Of a stretch of DNA of 64,000 nucleotides, positions 36,545 to 52,311 are shown one piece after another. Location of the stretch: contig OZ024742.1 of NCBI GenBank assembly GCA_964016885.1, positions 558,001 through 622,000 on the forward strand. Direction: 5' to 3'. A program made the position numbers and the translations under genes. How positions within the stretch are numbered: the stretch's first letter is position 1; every line of letters begins with the position of its first letter. This DNA comes from Eledone cirrhosa (lineage: Eukaryota). The notes under the pieces are model-generated. The model worked only from the letters and a program-made list of their open reading frames with translations. It searched no databases and was not told where the DNA came from.

Positions 36545-37139
36545 TGGTGGCTGCCAACTCGTTTTCGAGTACGGCCACTACTTTATATCCATATAGGAGA
36601 ACCCCTACCGATGCGCTGAACGAGTGTGACTTTTTAGTCCAGCCAGCGACTTGAAAACTCTGGTACAAACACTACACTTGTGACAATTATTGACACATAG
36701 TGCTTTGCCTTTGGTACCATGTGACGACAAGTGCAGAGAGATCTCCAGATATAAAGCAATGCCTGTGCCGTGAAGCTTTTATAGTGAGCAAAGGCACTGC
36801 ACAAAGCCAGTCCCACTCTCTTAACCAAGATGATATTAACCAAAAAGAAGAACAAGTCAACATCATTGGATACCATCAGGGTTGCAGGTGTTATATCAGA
36901 GTTTTCATTCTCCTAGAATTCTGCCTTGACAAAGGCTAAGGGGTCATCTCTCCCAGTGATTTTGGATGGCCATTGACTCTTAAGAGCTCCTTTGCCCTTT
37001 GACAGGTTTTGTTTTTAGTCCTGCAGGATATCCAAAGTCACCCTCCTCACCAAGAAACCTTGGTGGGGTTGCCAGTTTAGTCACCAACGACCCGACCATG
37101 AGACAGGTTGTACTGGGATACATGTTACCAGTAGCACCA
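36545..37139 (-). mobile_element. Non-autonomous bipartite RTE derivative J, copy 1
   Basis: 36755-36960 resembles the family D 5'UTR (42325-42550); the 3' end matches the D terminus; highly similar to 55997-56590. Confidence 0.75.
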
Positions 37140-37279
37140 TATACATATATATATAGATAGATATATACATACATACATATATATATAGATATATACATAC
37201 ATACATATATACATATATAGATATATACATACATACATATATACATACATACATATATACATACATACATATATACATA

Positions 37280-37580
37280 CATAGATATATAAACAATATG
37301 CCCCCCCCCCCCCACCGCAAGGTGGTCGTGGAGGTGCCACGGCAAAAAAGCACCCAGCCCACACTGTAAAGTGGACGTGTAGGCGCCACGAAAAAGCACC
37401 CAGCACTCACTGTAAATGAGGTTGGTGTTAGGAAGGGCATCCAGCTGTAGAAATCAAGCCAGATCAGTTCCTGTATGAGCAAGGCATGGTCAGCCGACCA
37501 GACACTGCCCACAACAGGACAACCCGTCTAACCCATGCTAGCGTGGAAGAACGGACGTAAAACGGTGATGATGATGATGA
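37280..37580 (+). mobile_element. RTE family B 3'UTR fragment
   Basis: Near-identical to 45285-45585. Confidence 0.9.
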
Positions 37581-37878
37581 TACATATATATATAGATATA
37601 TACATACATATATACATAGATATATATACATACATATATACATATATATATAGATATATACATACATATATACATAGATATATATACATACATATATACA
37701 TATATATATAGATATATACATACATATATACATATATATATAGATATATACATACATATATACATAGATATATATACATACATATATACATATATATATA
37801 GATATATACATACATATATACATATATATATAGATATATACATACATATATATATACATACATACATACATACATACA

Positions 37879-37912
<34 letters not shown>

Positions 37913-38114
37913 CATACATATATACATATATACATACATATATACATACATATATACATACATATATACATACATATATACATATATACATACATATATA
38001 CATACATATATACATATATATGTATTTATGTATGTATATATCTATATATATATGTATATATGTATGTATATATCTATATATATATGTATATATGTATGTA
38101 TATATCTATATATA

Positions 38115-41100
38115 TGATGGCTGTCCCCTCGTTATCAAGTATAGCCATTGCACGAGAAGAAAAAAATAAATAAATAAATAAATAAATAAATAAAATAAAA
38201 TAAAATAAAATAATAATAACAAATAAATAAAATAAAAAAAAGAAATATATATATATACATACACATACATACATACACATATACACACACACACACATTA
38301 ATAACAATAATAATAATAATAATAGCAATAATAATAATAACGACAACAACAATAATAATATACATATTCATATATATATACACAGACACACGCATGCACA
38401 TAAGCATATCTACACACACACACACACACACACACGATAACAACTAACAGTGCTGCAATCGAATGTGGCTTTTTAGCCCAGCCAATGATCTAAAATGTCT
38501 TGCACAGAGTCGGCAACCAAAACATTCACTGGGAATAGTCGGCTGTGGTTGGAGTTCGTGTACTTTTGCATATCGCTTGAGCCCTCCTGCTGATTTACAT
38601 TCTCTACCACATGTTTGGCAAGCATGATGAGTAGCATCTCCAACAGCAGCCTGGTAGTCAACCACTGGTCTTACTTTATGACTGCGAAGATGACTTTCGA
38701 GTCCAGCTTTGCTTAGGCAGAGTCTCGCACAGACGCTGCATGTCAGCACCATAGGAGGACCCTCGCCGTCTGGAAGTGCAACAGCAATGCCCTTCCTCAC
38801 ATCCCACTTTACTTTCTTGTGTGCGATTCGAGATGCCTCAAAGGCAACTTTTCCCTCATATACAGTCTTTCTCCATTTATTACGATCAGCAGCAATATTT
38901 TCCCATGTATCAGCAGAGATGTTAGCGTCTTTCAGAGAGGCTTTCAAGGAATCCTTATACCTCTTTTTTGGTTTATGTGGCGGTCGTTTTCCTTTAACCA
39001 ACTCTCCATAGAAGAGTTGTTTTGGTATTCTAGAATCCTTCATCCTGGCAAGGTGACCACTCCAACGGAGTCGTTGCTTAAGCACAAGAGCTTCTATACT
39101 GTCACACATAGAGCTTTCCAAAATCTCGACATCACTGATGTGGTCCCTCCAGTGAACGCCATGGATCCGTCTGAGGCACATCTGATGGAAACGCTCCAAT
39201 TGCTTAAGGTGGTGTCGATATGTGACCCAGGTCTCGCAGGCATAAAGAAGACATGAGAGTGCACATGCCCTGTACACCTTTACCTTTGTCCTCCTGCATA
39301 TGTCTCGCCGACCCCAGAGTCGCCTTTCTAGCTTTCCGAAAGCATCACTTGCTTTCCTAATCCTAAGTGAGATTTCACTGTCAAGGTTGCCGTATCGATT
39401 GACAGTGCTTCCCAGGTAGACAAACTGATCAACCACTCCAAGTCGTTTGCCATACACATAGATGTTTGGTTCAGTGTACTGCTTACTAGGGGCAGGTTGG
39501 TACATGACGACGATTTTCTTGAGACTGACAGTCAAACCCAGGGCAGTGCAAGCGTCAGAAAATGCATTCAAAATGTGCTGCATATCACTCTCTGTGTGCG
39601 CTACAAGATCGCAATCATCTGCATACAAGAGGTCTCTTATGATCGATGTAAACACCTTTGTCCTCGCAGCAAAGCGCCTGATGTTAAATATGCTGCCTGA
39701 GGTTCGATATCGGATGTAAACACCATGCTCGCAATTCCTGAATGCAATACAGAAAACCATTGCAAAGTATATGGCAAACAGGGTCGGTGCTGGAATATCC
39801 CCGTTTCACTCCATTTTTTTACTGAGATAGGCTCCGACATGTTACCTCCGACATTAACCCAAGCCTTCATGTCGTCATGGAAAGACCTAACTAAAGCAAG
39901 GAACTTATCAGGGCAACCAAGTTTCTGGAGAACCTTCCATAATGCATCTCTGAAAGCCTTTGTCAGATCGACAAAAACCTGATACAGATCCAAGCCTTGT
40001 TCCATGCACTTCTCTTGGAGCTGTCTAGCTGAGAAGATCATATCAGTAGTGCCGCGTCCAGCACGAAAACCAGATTGACTTTCAGGAAGGACACAATCTG
40101 CAATGTGTGTCAGCAGACGGTCCAGAAGCACCCTACATAAAACTTTCCCTACGACAGAAAGCAATGATATACCTCTGTAGTTCCCACAATCATTCCTGTT
40201 ACCCTTTCCCTTGTACAAGACCACCATTACTGCATCTCTCCAGTCCTCAGGTACGGATTCATTAGCCCATATTCTTCCAAACAAAGAGTGCAGATATTGC
40301 AGGAGTCTCACCACCATATTGTAGGAGCTCAGCATGTATGCCATCCATATCTGGAGATCTTCCACCGTTCAGCTTCGAAATAGCCACTGCAACCTCCACA
40401 AACGTCGGAGGTTCTGCAAGACCTACTTTCACAGGACTTTCTGGAATGAGATTGAGGAAATCTTCACTGACGACAGACGGCTGATTCAAAAGATCATCAA
40501 AGTGCTCTCGCCACCTTCGTAGAATTCCCTGTGAGTCACGAAGAAGTTCTTTGCCATCCTTGCTGCGAAGCGGTGTCACCAGAGAAGAAGATGGTCCATA
40601 AACCTCACGCAAGAGACTGTACAACAGCTTTGTGTTATTGGAATCAGATGCAGTTTGTATCTCACCAACATTCTCACTCCACCACTGATCCTTCATCTGA
40701 GAAAGACTCCGCCTAACACGTGATTTAACATTCCTGAGCTCCTCATGCAACGTATTCCTCTCCTGTGGTTTTGCCGTCAAGTAGCGTGACAGAGCACGCC
40801 TCTTATCAGCCAACAAGTCTTCTATATGTACATCATTCTCATTAAACCAGTCCTGATGTTTTCTCTGCACCAATCCCAGAACACGCCTGCCTACATCATA
40901 AACCGACTTTTTAAGGGTCGGCCAATCCTCACCAAGATCTGCAGCCTGCATCTCTTCTTCCAATGTCCTCTTCACATTTTTATCCTTAAGACGAGCAGCA
41001 TTCAATCTTTTGGGCAGGGTAACACCAGGAGCCCGGATTTTACGTTTGGTGATTAGTTTCACTTTTGCGCGTACCAGGCGGGTGGTCCGTCCAGCACTCA

Positions 41101-42016
41101 GCTCCACGAGGAACACGAACACACTGCACATCCTGTCTGTCACGCATCCTGACTAGGACGTAGTCCAAAAGATGCCATTCCTTAGATGCAGGATGCATCC
41201 ATGTGGTCTTGAATTTGTTCTTTTGTTGGAACATGGTGTTGGTAACACACAGATCCAGCTCCTCACACATCTGCAGCAGGAGCATACCATTGTTGTTACA
41301 CTTTCCCACCCCATGTCTTCCGATTACATTCCATGTGTTAAAATCCCTACCGACTCTAGCATTAAAGTCACCAAGCACGATGACTTTGTCTGCCTGAGGG
41401 ATATTTCTTAGAACACCTTTCAAGGCATGGTAAAAGGACAGTTTTTCTTCATCGACAGAATTCATAGTTGGAGCATACACACTCACCAGGGTAGCATATC
41501 TTCCTTTGTCCAGCGGAACTCTCATGGACATAAGACGCTCACTAATCCCTACTGGGAATTCTTCTAATTTATTCACAAGTACAGTCTTAACAGCAAATCC
41601 TACCCCAGCCTCTCTTCTGGTTCCTTCATCTCTTCCTTTCCAGAAGAATGTATATTTTCCACAAAATTCCGTAAGATGACCATCTCCAGTTAACCTCGTC
41701 TCAGATAAAGCCCCGATGTCAAGATCGTAACGTCGAAGCTCCTTTGCAACAAGAGCAGTCCTTCGTTTAGGACGCTCCAAGGAATCCCTGTCAAGCAGCG
41801 TCCGTACGTTCCAGCAGCCAAGACTAAATGCCTTGTTTGGCTCTATTACAATGGCACGATGCCGAGCGGGCCCAGGCTGTGATAACTTGGGGCCCCTGCC
41901 CTTATTGCCAATGATCTTTTTTGTTCCAGAACCTAAATTGCCAATTATCTCTTTTATATTGTTCTGGAACATAATTGATTTGGAAAAAAAAAAAAAAAAA
42001 AAAGAAAGTAATAATA

Positions 42017-42047
<31 letters not shown>

Positions 42048-42598
42048 TCCCAGGAAACCCGCGTATAGGAGAAATACAAAAGATAGTACTAATGGGAACT
42101 GCCCATATACTAAGGAAGATTCTGTCAATATAAGTACATCACAAGTCTAAACACTAAAGATGCATGTGTGAGTATGTATGTTCTTTCTTGAACATGGCGG
42201 ACCTTGTTGTCTCTTGAGGTCACTAGTTGTGACTTGGTGATAACTCGTATGAACATAAAGATAGATAAATGCAACTATAATAATAATAATAATAGTACAC
42301 TATTAATAATTATTAATGCACTTGTGCAATGCCTGTGCGTAACGAATATTTTTAACGTGAGGAAAGACTGTGCACTGAGCCAATCCCACTCTCTGAGCGA
42401 CAGTAGCTATAACTCGAAAAGAAGAAAAGATCAACATCGTTGGTAACTACTGAGCCGCAGGTTTTATGTCGGAGTTAACCCAGTTTCCTGAGATCCCTTC
42501 TCCTAGAAGAATGCCCTGACAAGGGCTAGGGGCTCTTCACTCCCACTGGTTTAACTGCGCGATCGGACATTCAGCCCGATTACTTCTGTCCACGCACA
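38115..42598 (-). mobile_element. Near full-length RTE-BovB-like LINE (family D), degenerate
   Basis: 5'UTR motif (plus strand ttctcctagaagaatgccctgacaagggctag), one APE-RT ORF in 4 pieces, terminal hairpin tggctatacttgataacgaggggacagcca at 38116-38147. Confidence 0.88.
38444..41972 (-). pseudogene. RTE-BovB ORF: APE, RT and three C-terminal C2H2-type zinc fingers; frameshifted
   Basis: WNVRTL, ALSETRL, VYAPT, GDFNARVG, LLDYVL; NYRGISLLS, ESQSGFR, FVDLTKAF, LLYADD, FVYLGS; three CxxC..H..H motifs. Confidence 0.9.
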
Positions 42599-42690
42599 AA
42601 AAAAAAAAAAAAAAAAAAATACATACATATATACATACATATATATATATACATGTATATACATACATACATATATATATACATACAAAC

Positions 42691-42725
<35 letters not shown>

Positions 42726-42741
42726 CATACATACATACATA

Positions 42742-44024
42742 CATCATCATCATCATCATCATCAACGTTTAACGTCCGTGTTCCACGCTTGCATGGGTTT
42801 GGACGGGGGTAGTCCCACTTGAGGCAAGAGTGATTGTCTTGCTCGCATAGGACTGTCTGGCAGGTTTTCTACAGTTGGATGCCCTTCCTAACACCAACCA
42901 CATTTACAGTGTGGGTCTGGGAGGTTTTTACCGTGTTGCCTACACGGCCACATTACAGCGTGGACTGTGTGTTTTTTTGTCGTGACACCTACACGATCTC
43001 ATTTGTTTCGGCCTCGATGGCGCGGCACCAACATAACTTTACATAGAACGGGGTGGTGTGGATCGGGTGGGGGTGGTGGTGGTGGGACGGGGTGTATTTT
43101 GTTAGAGATGCCTACTGGCTGGAGTAGGTTTTACTATATATTTAGGTAAGGCGGGTCTTCTCTGTTACTGAGTACCGCCAAAGGTCTCGGTCCAGTGACA
43201 TTGTCTTGGAGAGGTGTAAGTGTGTGATGTCGGAGTTTATCAGCTCGTCCCAGGTTTTTCTAGGTCTGCCTATTCCGTGACTACCGTCTATCTTTATTGC
43301 CCTGCACTTTGTTATACAGCTATCGACTTTCATGCGCATCACGTGTCCATACCAACGTAGCCTTCTCTCGAGTAAACAACATCTGATCCCTCTTATCTCT
43401 AATTTTTTCCTTAGTTCGTTTATGCTTTGCCGTTCACGTATATTACTGTTACACATCCAGCGGAGCATGCAAGCTTCGTTCCTCTCTAGTCTGCGTATAT
43501 CCTCTGCACACAATGCCCAGGTCTCACTGCCATGCAGCATTGCTGTTCGTATGCAGGCATCGTACAACCTGCCTTTCATTTTTAGTGAGAACCCTTTAGC
43601 AGCTAATAGTGGTATAAGCTCTCTGAACTTTTTCCAACCAGTTCTGACTCTAGCTACAGTACTTTCAGAGCACCCTCCCCCACTGCTGATTTTATCGCCC
43701 AGGTAACGGAAGCTGTCCACTATTTCTATAGAACCCTCTGCGCAATTGAAAGAGCTAGTAGTTTGTGGGCACTTGCTGCTACTTATTGCACCAGAGCACC
43801 GGCCACATGTAAAATCTATGTTCTTAGTTAGCTTACCTGTGATCCCACTACATCTTTTATGCACCCATACTTTGCATTTAGGACATAAAATGGAGTTTCT
43901 ACCTACGCCTTTCCTACACACCGAGCCCGACCATTTCCCAGAAGGGACCGCCGCCTTGTTTTCTTTCCTACAAACTAGTACTTTGGTCTTAGCCAGGTTA
44001 ATTTTAAGTCCTTTTGACTCTAGA
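42742..44024 (-). mobile_element. RTE family A, 5'-truncated (PHD-like region to tail)
   Basis: ORF 43142-44059 LESKGLK...TRLT*; 3'UTR; (GAT)n tail. Confidence 0.93.
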
Positions 44025-44088
44025 CATATATATATATTTACATACATACATACATACATATATATATATTATATATATATATACATAC

Positions 44089-45590
44089 ATAATCTGGTGG
44101 GCTCTTAGAAAACTAGGAGTAGATGAATGGCTTGTGAAAGCGGTACAAGCCATGTATAGGGGAGCAGTCAGCAAAGTTAGGATTGGCAATGAGTATAGCG
44201 AGGAATTTAGCGTACAGGTTGGGGTCCACCAGGGCTCTGTTCTTAGCCCTCTCCTGTTCATCATAGTCCTGCAGGCAATAACGGAGGAGTTTAAGACCGG
44301 ATGCCCATGGGAACTCCTGTATGCTGATGACCTCGCACTCATAGCTGAATCTATGGTAGAACTAGAGAATAAATTCCAAACCTGGAAGCAGGGACTAGAG
44401 AGAAAGGGCCTCAAAGTCAACATGACAAAGACTAAGGTCCTTATAAGTAGACGAGAAAACAGAACCCAGATCCCCTCAGGGAAATGGCCTTGCTCAGTAT
44501 GTAGGAAAGGTGTAGGTAGGAACTCCATTCTTTGCCCCAAATGCAAACAATGGGTACACAAGAGATGTAGCGGGATCTCAGGAAGCTTAATTAAGAATGT
44601 AGGATTCACATGCAGCAGCTGTGCTGAAACAGCAAGCAAACAGCCACAGGAAACAAGTACCACCAATCTCTGGGAGGGCCCTGTAGAAACAGTAGACAGC
44701 TTCTGCTACCTAGGTGACCGAATTAGCAACGGAGGTGGGTGCTCAGAAAGTACAATAACTAGGGTAAGAACGGGATGGAAGAAGTTTAGGGAACTACTAC
44801 CACTGCTAGCTGCAAAAGGCTTCTCCCTCAGAATGAAAGGCAGACTGTATGATGCGTGTATCCGAACAGCGATGTTGCATGGTAGTGAGACCTGGGCGCT
44901 GAAGGTGGAAGACTTACGTAGATTAGAGAGAAACGAAGCCTGCATGCTCCGATGGATGTGTAACAGTAATATACGTGAACGACAAAGCATAAATGAATTG
45001 AGAGAGAGACTGAGCATAAGAGGAATCAAATGCTGCGTGCAGGAGAGGCGGTTACGCTGGTATGGACATGTGATGCGTATGAAGGATGACAGCTGCATAA
45101 AAAGGTGCAGAGCACTAGAAGTTGATGGAAACCGCGGAGTGGGGAGACCCAAGATGACTTGGGATGAGGTGATAAAAGCCGACCTTACCCAACTACACCT
45201 CTCAAAGTCAATGACACACGACCGTGACTTCTGGCGTCACGCAGTAATACAGGGTACCCGACCTCCCATGGGTACATGCTGAAGCATATAAACAATATGC
45301 CCCCCCCCCCCCCCACCGCAAGGTGGTCGTGGAGGTGCCACGGCAAAAAAGCACCCAGCCCACACTGTAAAGTGGACGTGTAGGCGCCACGAAAAAGCAC
45401 CCAGCACTCACTGTAAATGAGGTTGGTGTTAGGAAGGGCATCCAGCTGTAGAAATCAAGCCAGATCAGTTCCTGTATGAGCAAGGCATGGTCAGCCGACC
45501 AGACACTGCCCACAACAGGACAACCCGTCTAACCCATGCTAGCGTGGAAGAACGGACGTAAAACGGTGATGATGATGATGATGATGATGA
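44089..45590 (+). mobile_element. RTE family B, 5'-truncated, open RT fragment with PHD-like finger
   Basis: IIWWALRKLGV..QGSVLSP..LLYADD..WPCSVC..CPKC..HKRC..CSSC..FCYLG; stop at 45282; 3'UTR; (GAT)n tail. Confidence 0.93.
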
Positions 45591-45615
45591 TACATACATA
45601 TATATATATTACATA

Positions 45616-45689
<74 letters not shown>

Positions 45690-45776
45690 CATATATATAC
45701 ATATATATATATATATACATATATATATACATACATACATACATACATATATATACATATATATATATATACATAC

Positions 45777-45809
<33 letters not shown>

Positions 45810-45951
45810 CATACATACATATATATACATACATACATACATATATATACATATATATATATATACATATATATATACACATATATATATATACATATAT
45901 ATATATACATATATATATACATATATATATACATATATATATACATATATA

Positions 45952-46069
45952 TCATCATCATCATCATCATCATCAGGTTTAGCGTCCGTGTTCCACGCTT
46001 GCATGGGTTTGGACGGGGGTTTTCCCACTTGAGGCAAGAGTGGTTGTCTTGCTCGCATAGGACTGTCTG
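45952..46069 (-). mobile_element. RTE family A 3' tail
   Basis: Matches 42742-42860. Confidence 0.85.
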
Positions 46070-47985
<1,916 letters not shown>

Positions 47986-50900
47986 TATCATCATCATTTT
48001 ACGTCCGCTTTTCCCTGCTTGCAAGGGTGGGACGGGTCTTATTCAGCACAGCATCTCTCCACTCGTCACGGTCCCTCGTCATCTCCACCGTGAGCTTCAA
48101 TGATCTGAGGTCTGTTCTCACCACCTCCGCCCATGTTTTTCGTGGTCTACCTCTACCACGTCTTCCTTCAACTGGCATTTCCTGGCACTTCTTCACCCAT
48201 CGGTCATCCTCCATGCGCATCACATGTCCATACCACCTCAGTCTCCTCTCCCGTACACTACATTCTATCCCTCTCAGACACAGTTTCTCTCTCAACACAT
48301 TTATGCTGGGTCGTTCCCGCACATTTACACTGCACATCCAACGGAGCATGCTTGCCTCATTTCTCTCCAGGCGTCGCATATCTTCTGCGGTTGCTGCCCA
48401 TGTCTCACTACCATGCAGCATCGCGCTCCTCACACAGGCATCATACAACCGGCCTTTCGTATGCAGGGAGAAACCCTTCTTCGTCAACAGAGGAAGCAGC
48501 TCCCTAAACTTCTTCCAACCCGTCCTTATTCTAGATACTATGGCCTCGGAACACCCTCCCCCCATGCTAATCTGATCTCCTAGGTACCGGAAGCTATCCA
48601 CCACTTCTATAGCGCCCTCTCGCATTTGAAAAATGTGTCTATCAGTGCGACTTCTACTGTCTAATTTCCCTGTACATCTACTGCATACATATTTCTCCCT
48701 ACCTGTTAGTTTGCCTGCTATCCCGCTACATCTCTTGTGTACCCAGGACCTTCATTGTGTGCATTTTATAGAATTTATGCCAGTTCCTTTTCTGCATATC
48801 GAACATGGCCATTTCCCTGACGGAATCAGTCCTCTTTTCTACTCATCAACACTTTTGTCTTAGCTAGATTTACTCTCAGTCCTCTTGCTTCCAACTGCTG
48901 TTTCCATAGCCGGAATTTATTCTCTAGCTCCTCTACTGATTCTGCCATAAGAGCCAGATCGTCAGCATAGAGAAGTTCCCATGGACAGCCAGTCTTAAAC
49001 TCCTCTGTTATGGCTTGGAGGACTATAATGAACAAGAGCGGGCTGAGGACCGAACCCTGATGTACTCCTACTTGTATCTGGAATTCCTCACTAAACTCCA
49101 TTCCTACCCTGACTTTACTGAGAGTACCTCTGTACAAAGTTTGCACTGTCCTCACAAGCCATTCCTCAACACCCAGCTTCCTTAGGGACCACCAGATGAC
49201 AGATCGGGGTACCCTATCAAAGGCCTTCTCTAGGTCAACAAAGGCTAAGTATAGTGGCTTATTCTTCTCTAAGAACCTCTCTTGCATTTGTCTCACCAAG
49301 AAGAGGGCATCTGTTGTACTCTTCCCAGGCACAAAACCAAACTGCATCTCATCTAGTTTGACCCTTTCTCTAATTAGTTGTGCTAAAATCCTTTCTGCCA
49401 CTTTCATAACCTGATCTATCAGTTTTATACCCCTATAATTGCTCCTCTCCAAAGCATCCCCTTTACCTTTGTAGCAATTTATGAGAATACTGCTGCACCA
49501 GTCTTTGGGTATGACACCACCATATATAGCCTGATTGATGATGCGTGCAACCAGTTTAGTGCCTATGTCCCCTGATGCCTTCAGCATCTCAGCAACTATT
49601 CCCGATGGTCCGGCCGCCTTAACATTTTTCATTTCCCTAATCGCCTCTTGGACCCTATATTCGTCAATCTCAATAGCTGGTCCCTCTGTCGGATCTACCA
49701 AGGGTAATTTCTCTCTCTCCCATTCGTTCTCCACATTCATCAGTCTCTCATAATGACATTTCCAGGCCTCCTTTTTCTGGTCATTCGTGACACTAAGTAC
49801 ACCGGCATCATCCCGGACACATTTATCACCAACAACATCCTGATTTGCATTGACACACTGCCTTGCAATGTGGAACACCGCACGCCTCTGATCTTCCCGT
49901 CGCAGAACATTGGCAAACCTCCTACTCTCTGCCTCCCTGCGTGCTAAGTACACCTGACGTCTAGCTTCTCTCTTAGTGGCTGTATATTCTTCCCTACTCC
50001 CACCCTTTTTCCAAGCCTTCCATGCTAGTCTTTTGTCTCTAATAGCCTTATCTACTGTGCTGTTCCACCACCAGGTCACTCTCTGTCTGGTTGGAGCTCT
50101 GCTCCAGCCACAGGTTTCATCAGTAGCCTTCAGCAAGTTGTCACGTAAGAACTTCCAGTTATTATCTATGTCATACGTCTCTAAATCGTCTTCTTTTTCG
50201 TCATATACATCTTGAAGGGCTTTCCTAAATTTGAATTTTAGTGAAAGGTCTTTTAGCTTCCAGACCTTTCTTCTCCACGCCTTCCTATATGTCTCATTCC
50301 ATCTCTTGCTCACTGAGATTTGGTATTAGACACTATCTGCCTGTCCCGCTGCCTAACTAGCAGGAAGTCAATCTGGCTTATGTGCTCACCAGATTTGTAG
50401 GTTATTAGGTGATTGGCAGGTTTCTGGAAGTTTGTGTTGCAAATAGTCAATGTACTTGCATCACAAAATTCAAGAAGTCTCACTCCTTCTTCATTTCTTG
50501 AACCGTAACCGTGCCAACCATGTACCCCAGTGTAACCATCCTGGAGCTGTCCAACATGACCATTGAAGTCTCCTGCTAGCATAACGATGTCTCCGTCCTC
50601 TGTCATTGTGGTTGTTTGCAAAAGTTGCTCATAAAAGCAGTCTTTCTCATCTTTGCCTAGGCCTGCTTGGGGAGCATAGGCCGAGATGATTGTCAGTAGT
50701 CTCCTGCCTACAACTAATCTAAGCTTAATTATTCGATTACTAACTCGAACTACCTCTATTGTCTTATTGATCCATTTCTCAGCCAGGAAAATGCCTACTC
50801 CCCCTAACCCATCATCCTTACCTACCCAGAATAGCTTATAGCTAAGACGCTTGCCTACGACTAGTCTCGCAGAGGCACCTCTCCATCTCACCTCTTGCAC

Positions 50901-51200
50901 GCAGCACACATCCACATGCCTTCTCTCCAGCATCTCATCTATTTCAGCAGATCTACCTCTGAGAGTGCCAACATTAAGTGTTGCAACTCTGAGATGCAAC
51001 GTCTTCATATTTTTCTATGCTGTTTTGTTGTTGTGCTGATAAGCTTTTTGGCATTGATACACTGGTTGGATGCCCTTCCTAACACCAGCGCCACTTTACA
51101 GCATGGACTGGGTGCTTTTATTTGTGCCACCAGCACTAGAGAGGATGTCTTACTCGACTCAAGGGCCCTCTCTACCCCTCCATTTTACAGCATGGTCATT
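47986..51200 (-). mobile_element. RTE family C, near full-length (ORF from ATG 51008; lesions at ~50313 and ~48826)
   Basis: LNVGTLRG, CVQEVRW, SAYAPQ, GDFNGHVG, SQIDF; RT motifs; PHD-like finger; the ORF reads into the terminal stem-loop; (GAT)n tail. Confidence 0.93.
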
Positions 51201-52002
51201 AAAAAAAAAAAAACTTATTGACACGACTCACACACTAATACTCATGCATACAAACCACAACCACACATACCAACACTCATTCATGCATACAATCACACAC
51301 ACCACTCACAAACATATATATATATATATATATATACACATGTATTACCGACAGTACTGATACAAAATCAAAGTCAAAATCGTCAAAATCACTATCATGT
51401 CAACTTTTCCCAGTCCAGTTCGGCTTGTATATAATAACAATAACAATAATAATTGTTTGCTTTACGTTGGTAATGGCGGTGGTGGATGGTGTCAGTGTGG
51501 TGGTGGTGGATGGTCAGTGATGGTGGTGGCAGTTGTTGGTGCTGTAGTTGTTGCTGTTGTTGTCCTTCATTTCACTGCTGCTGTTGCTGCAGACAATGGT
51601 GTTGATGCTGTTATTGCTGTCGCATATATACAAATACATACACACACACACATTCAACACAGACGATGGTGTGTTGAAATCTGGTCGCATCCACTGAGAT
51701 ATACATATACACACACATACACATATGTATATACACATACATACATCAAAAGAGAGTCAGCAGTATGTCAACAGGGGACAGGACAGCGACCTTAGAGTAA
51801 TGTGGTGATGGTGGAGAGCGAGTGTAGGCGTTATTGTTATTGTGGTTACGGGGGGAGGGGTCAGTGAGATGTTACAAGTTCATAGATCACTTCTCTCTTT
51901 TCCTCTCTCTTCAAAATTTTGAATTTATGGCCTTTTGCAATGGCGGACAAGTATATATAATATATATATATGAAGCAAAGAAAAGAAAATTCTCACTGAT
52001 AT

Positions 52003-52311
52003 GAAAGATTTCCTGGTAGAAGTTCAGGTGTATTCAGTGATTGGTATCCAGTTTCGGGGTATCCAATTAGAAAATCCAACGAATCTTTAAGAGGGGTCCA
52101 CGCAACCATTGATATATATATCTATATATGTAAAATGCAAGCAGAAATAACAACGAAAGATTTCCTGGTAGAAGTTCAGGTGTATTCAGTGTTGGTATCC
52201 AGTGTTGGGGTATCCAATTAGAAAATCCAACGAATTTTTGAGAGGGGTCCACGCAAGCATATATATAGATATATATATGTATATATGCAAAATGCAAGCA
52301 GAAATAACAAC
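52003..52311. repeat. 152-bp tandem duplication
   Basis: gaaagatttcctggtagaagttcagg at 52003 and 52155. Confidence 0.85.
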
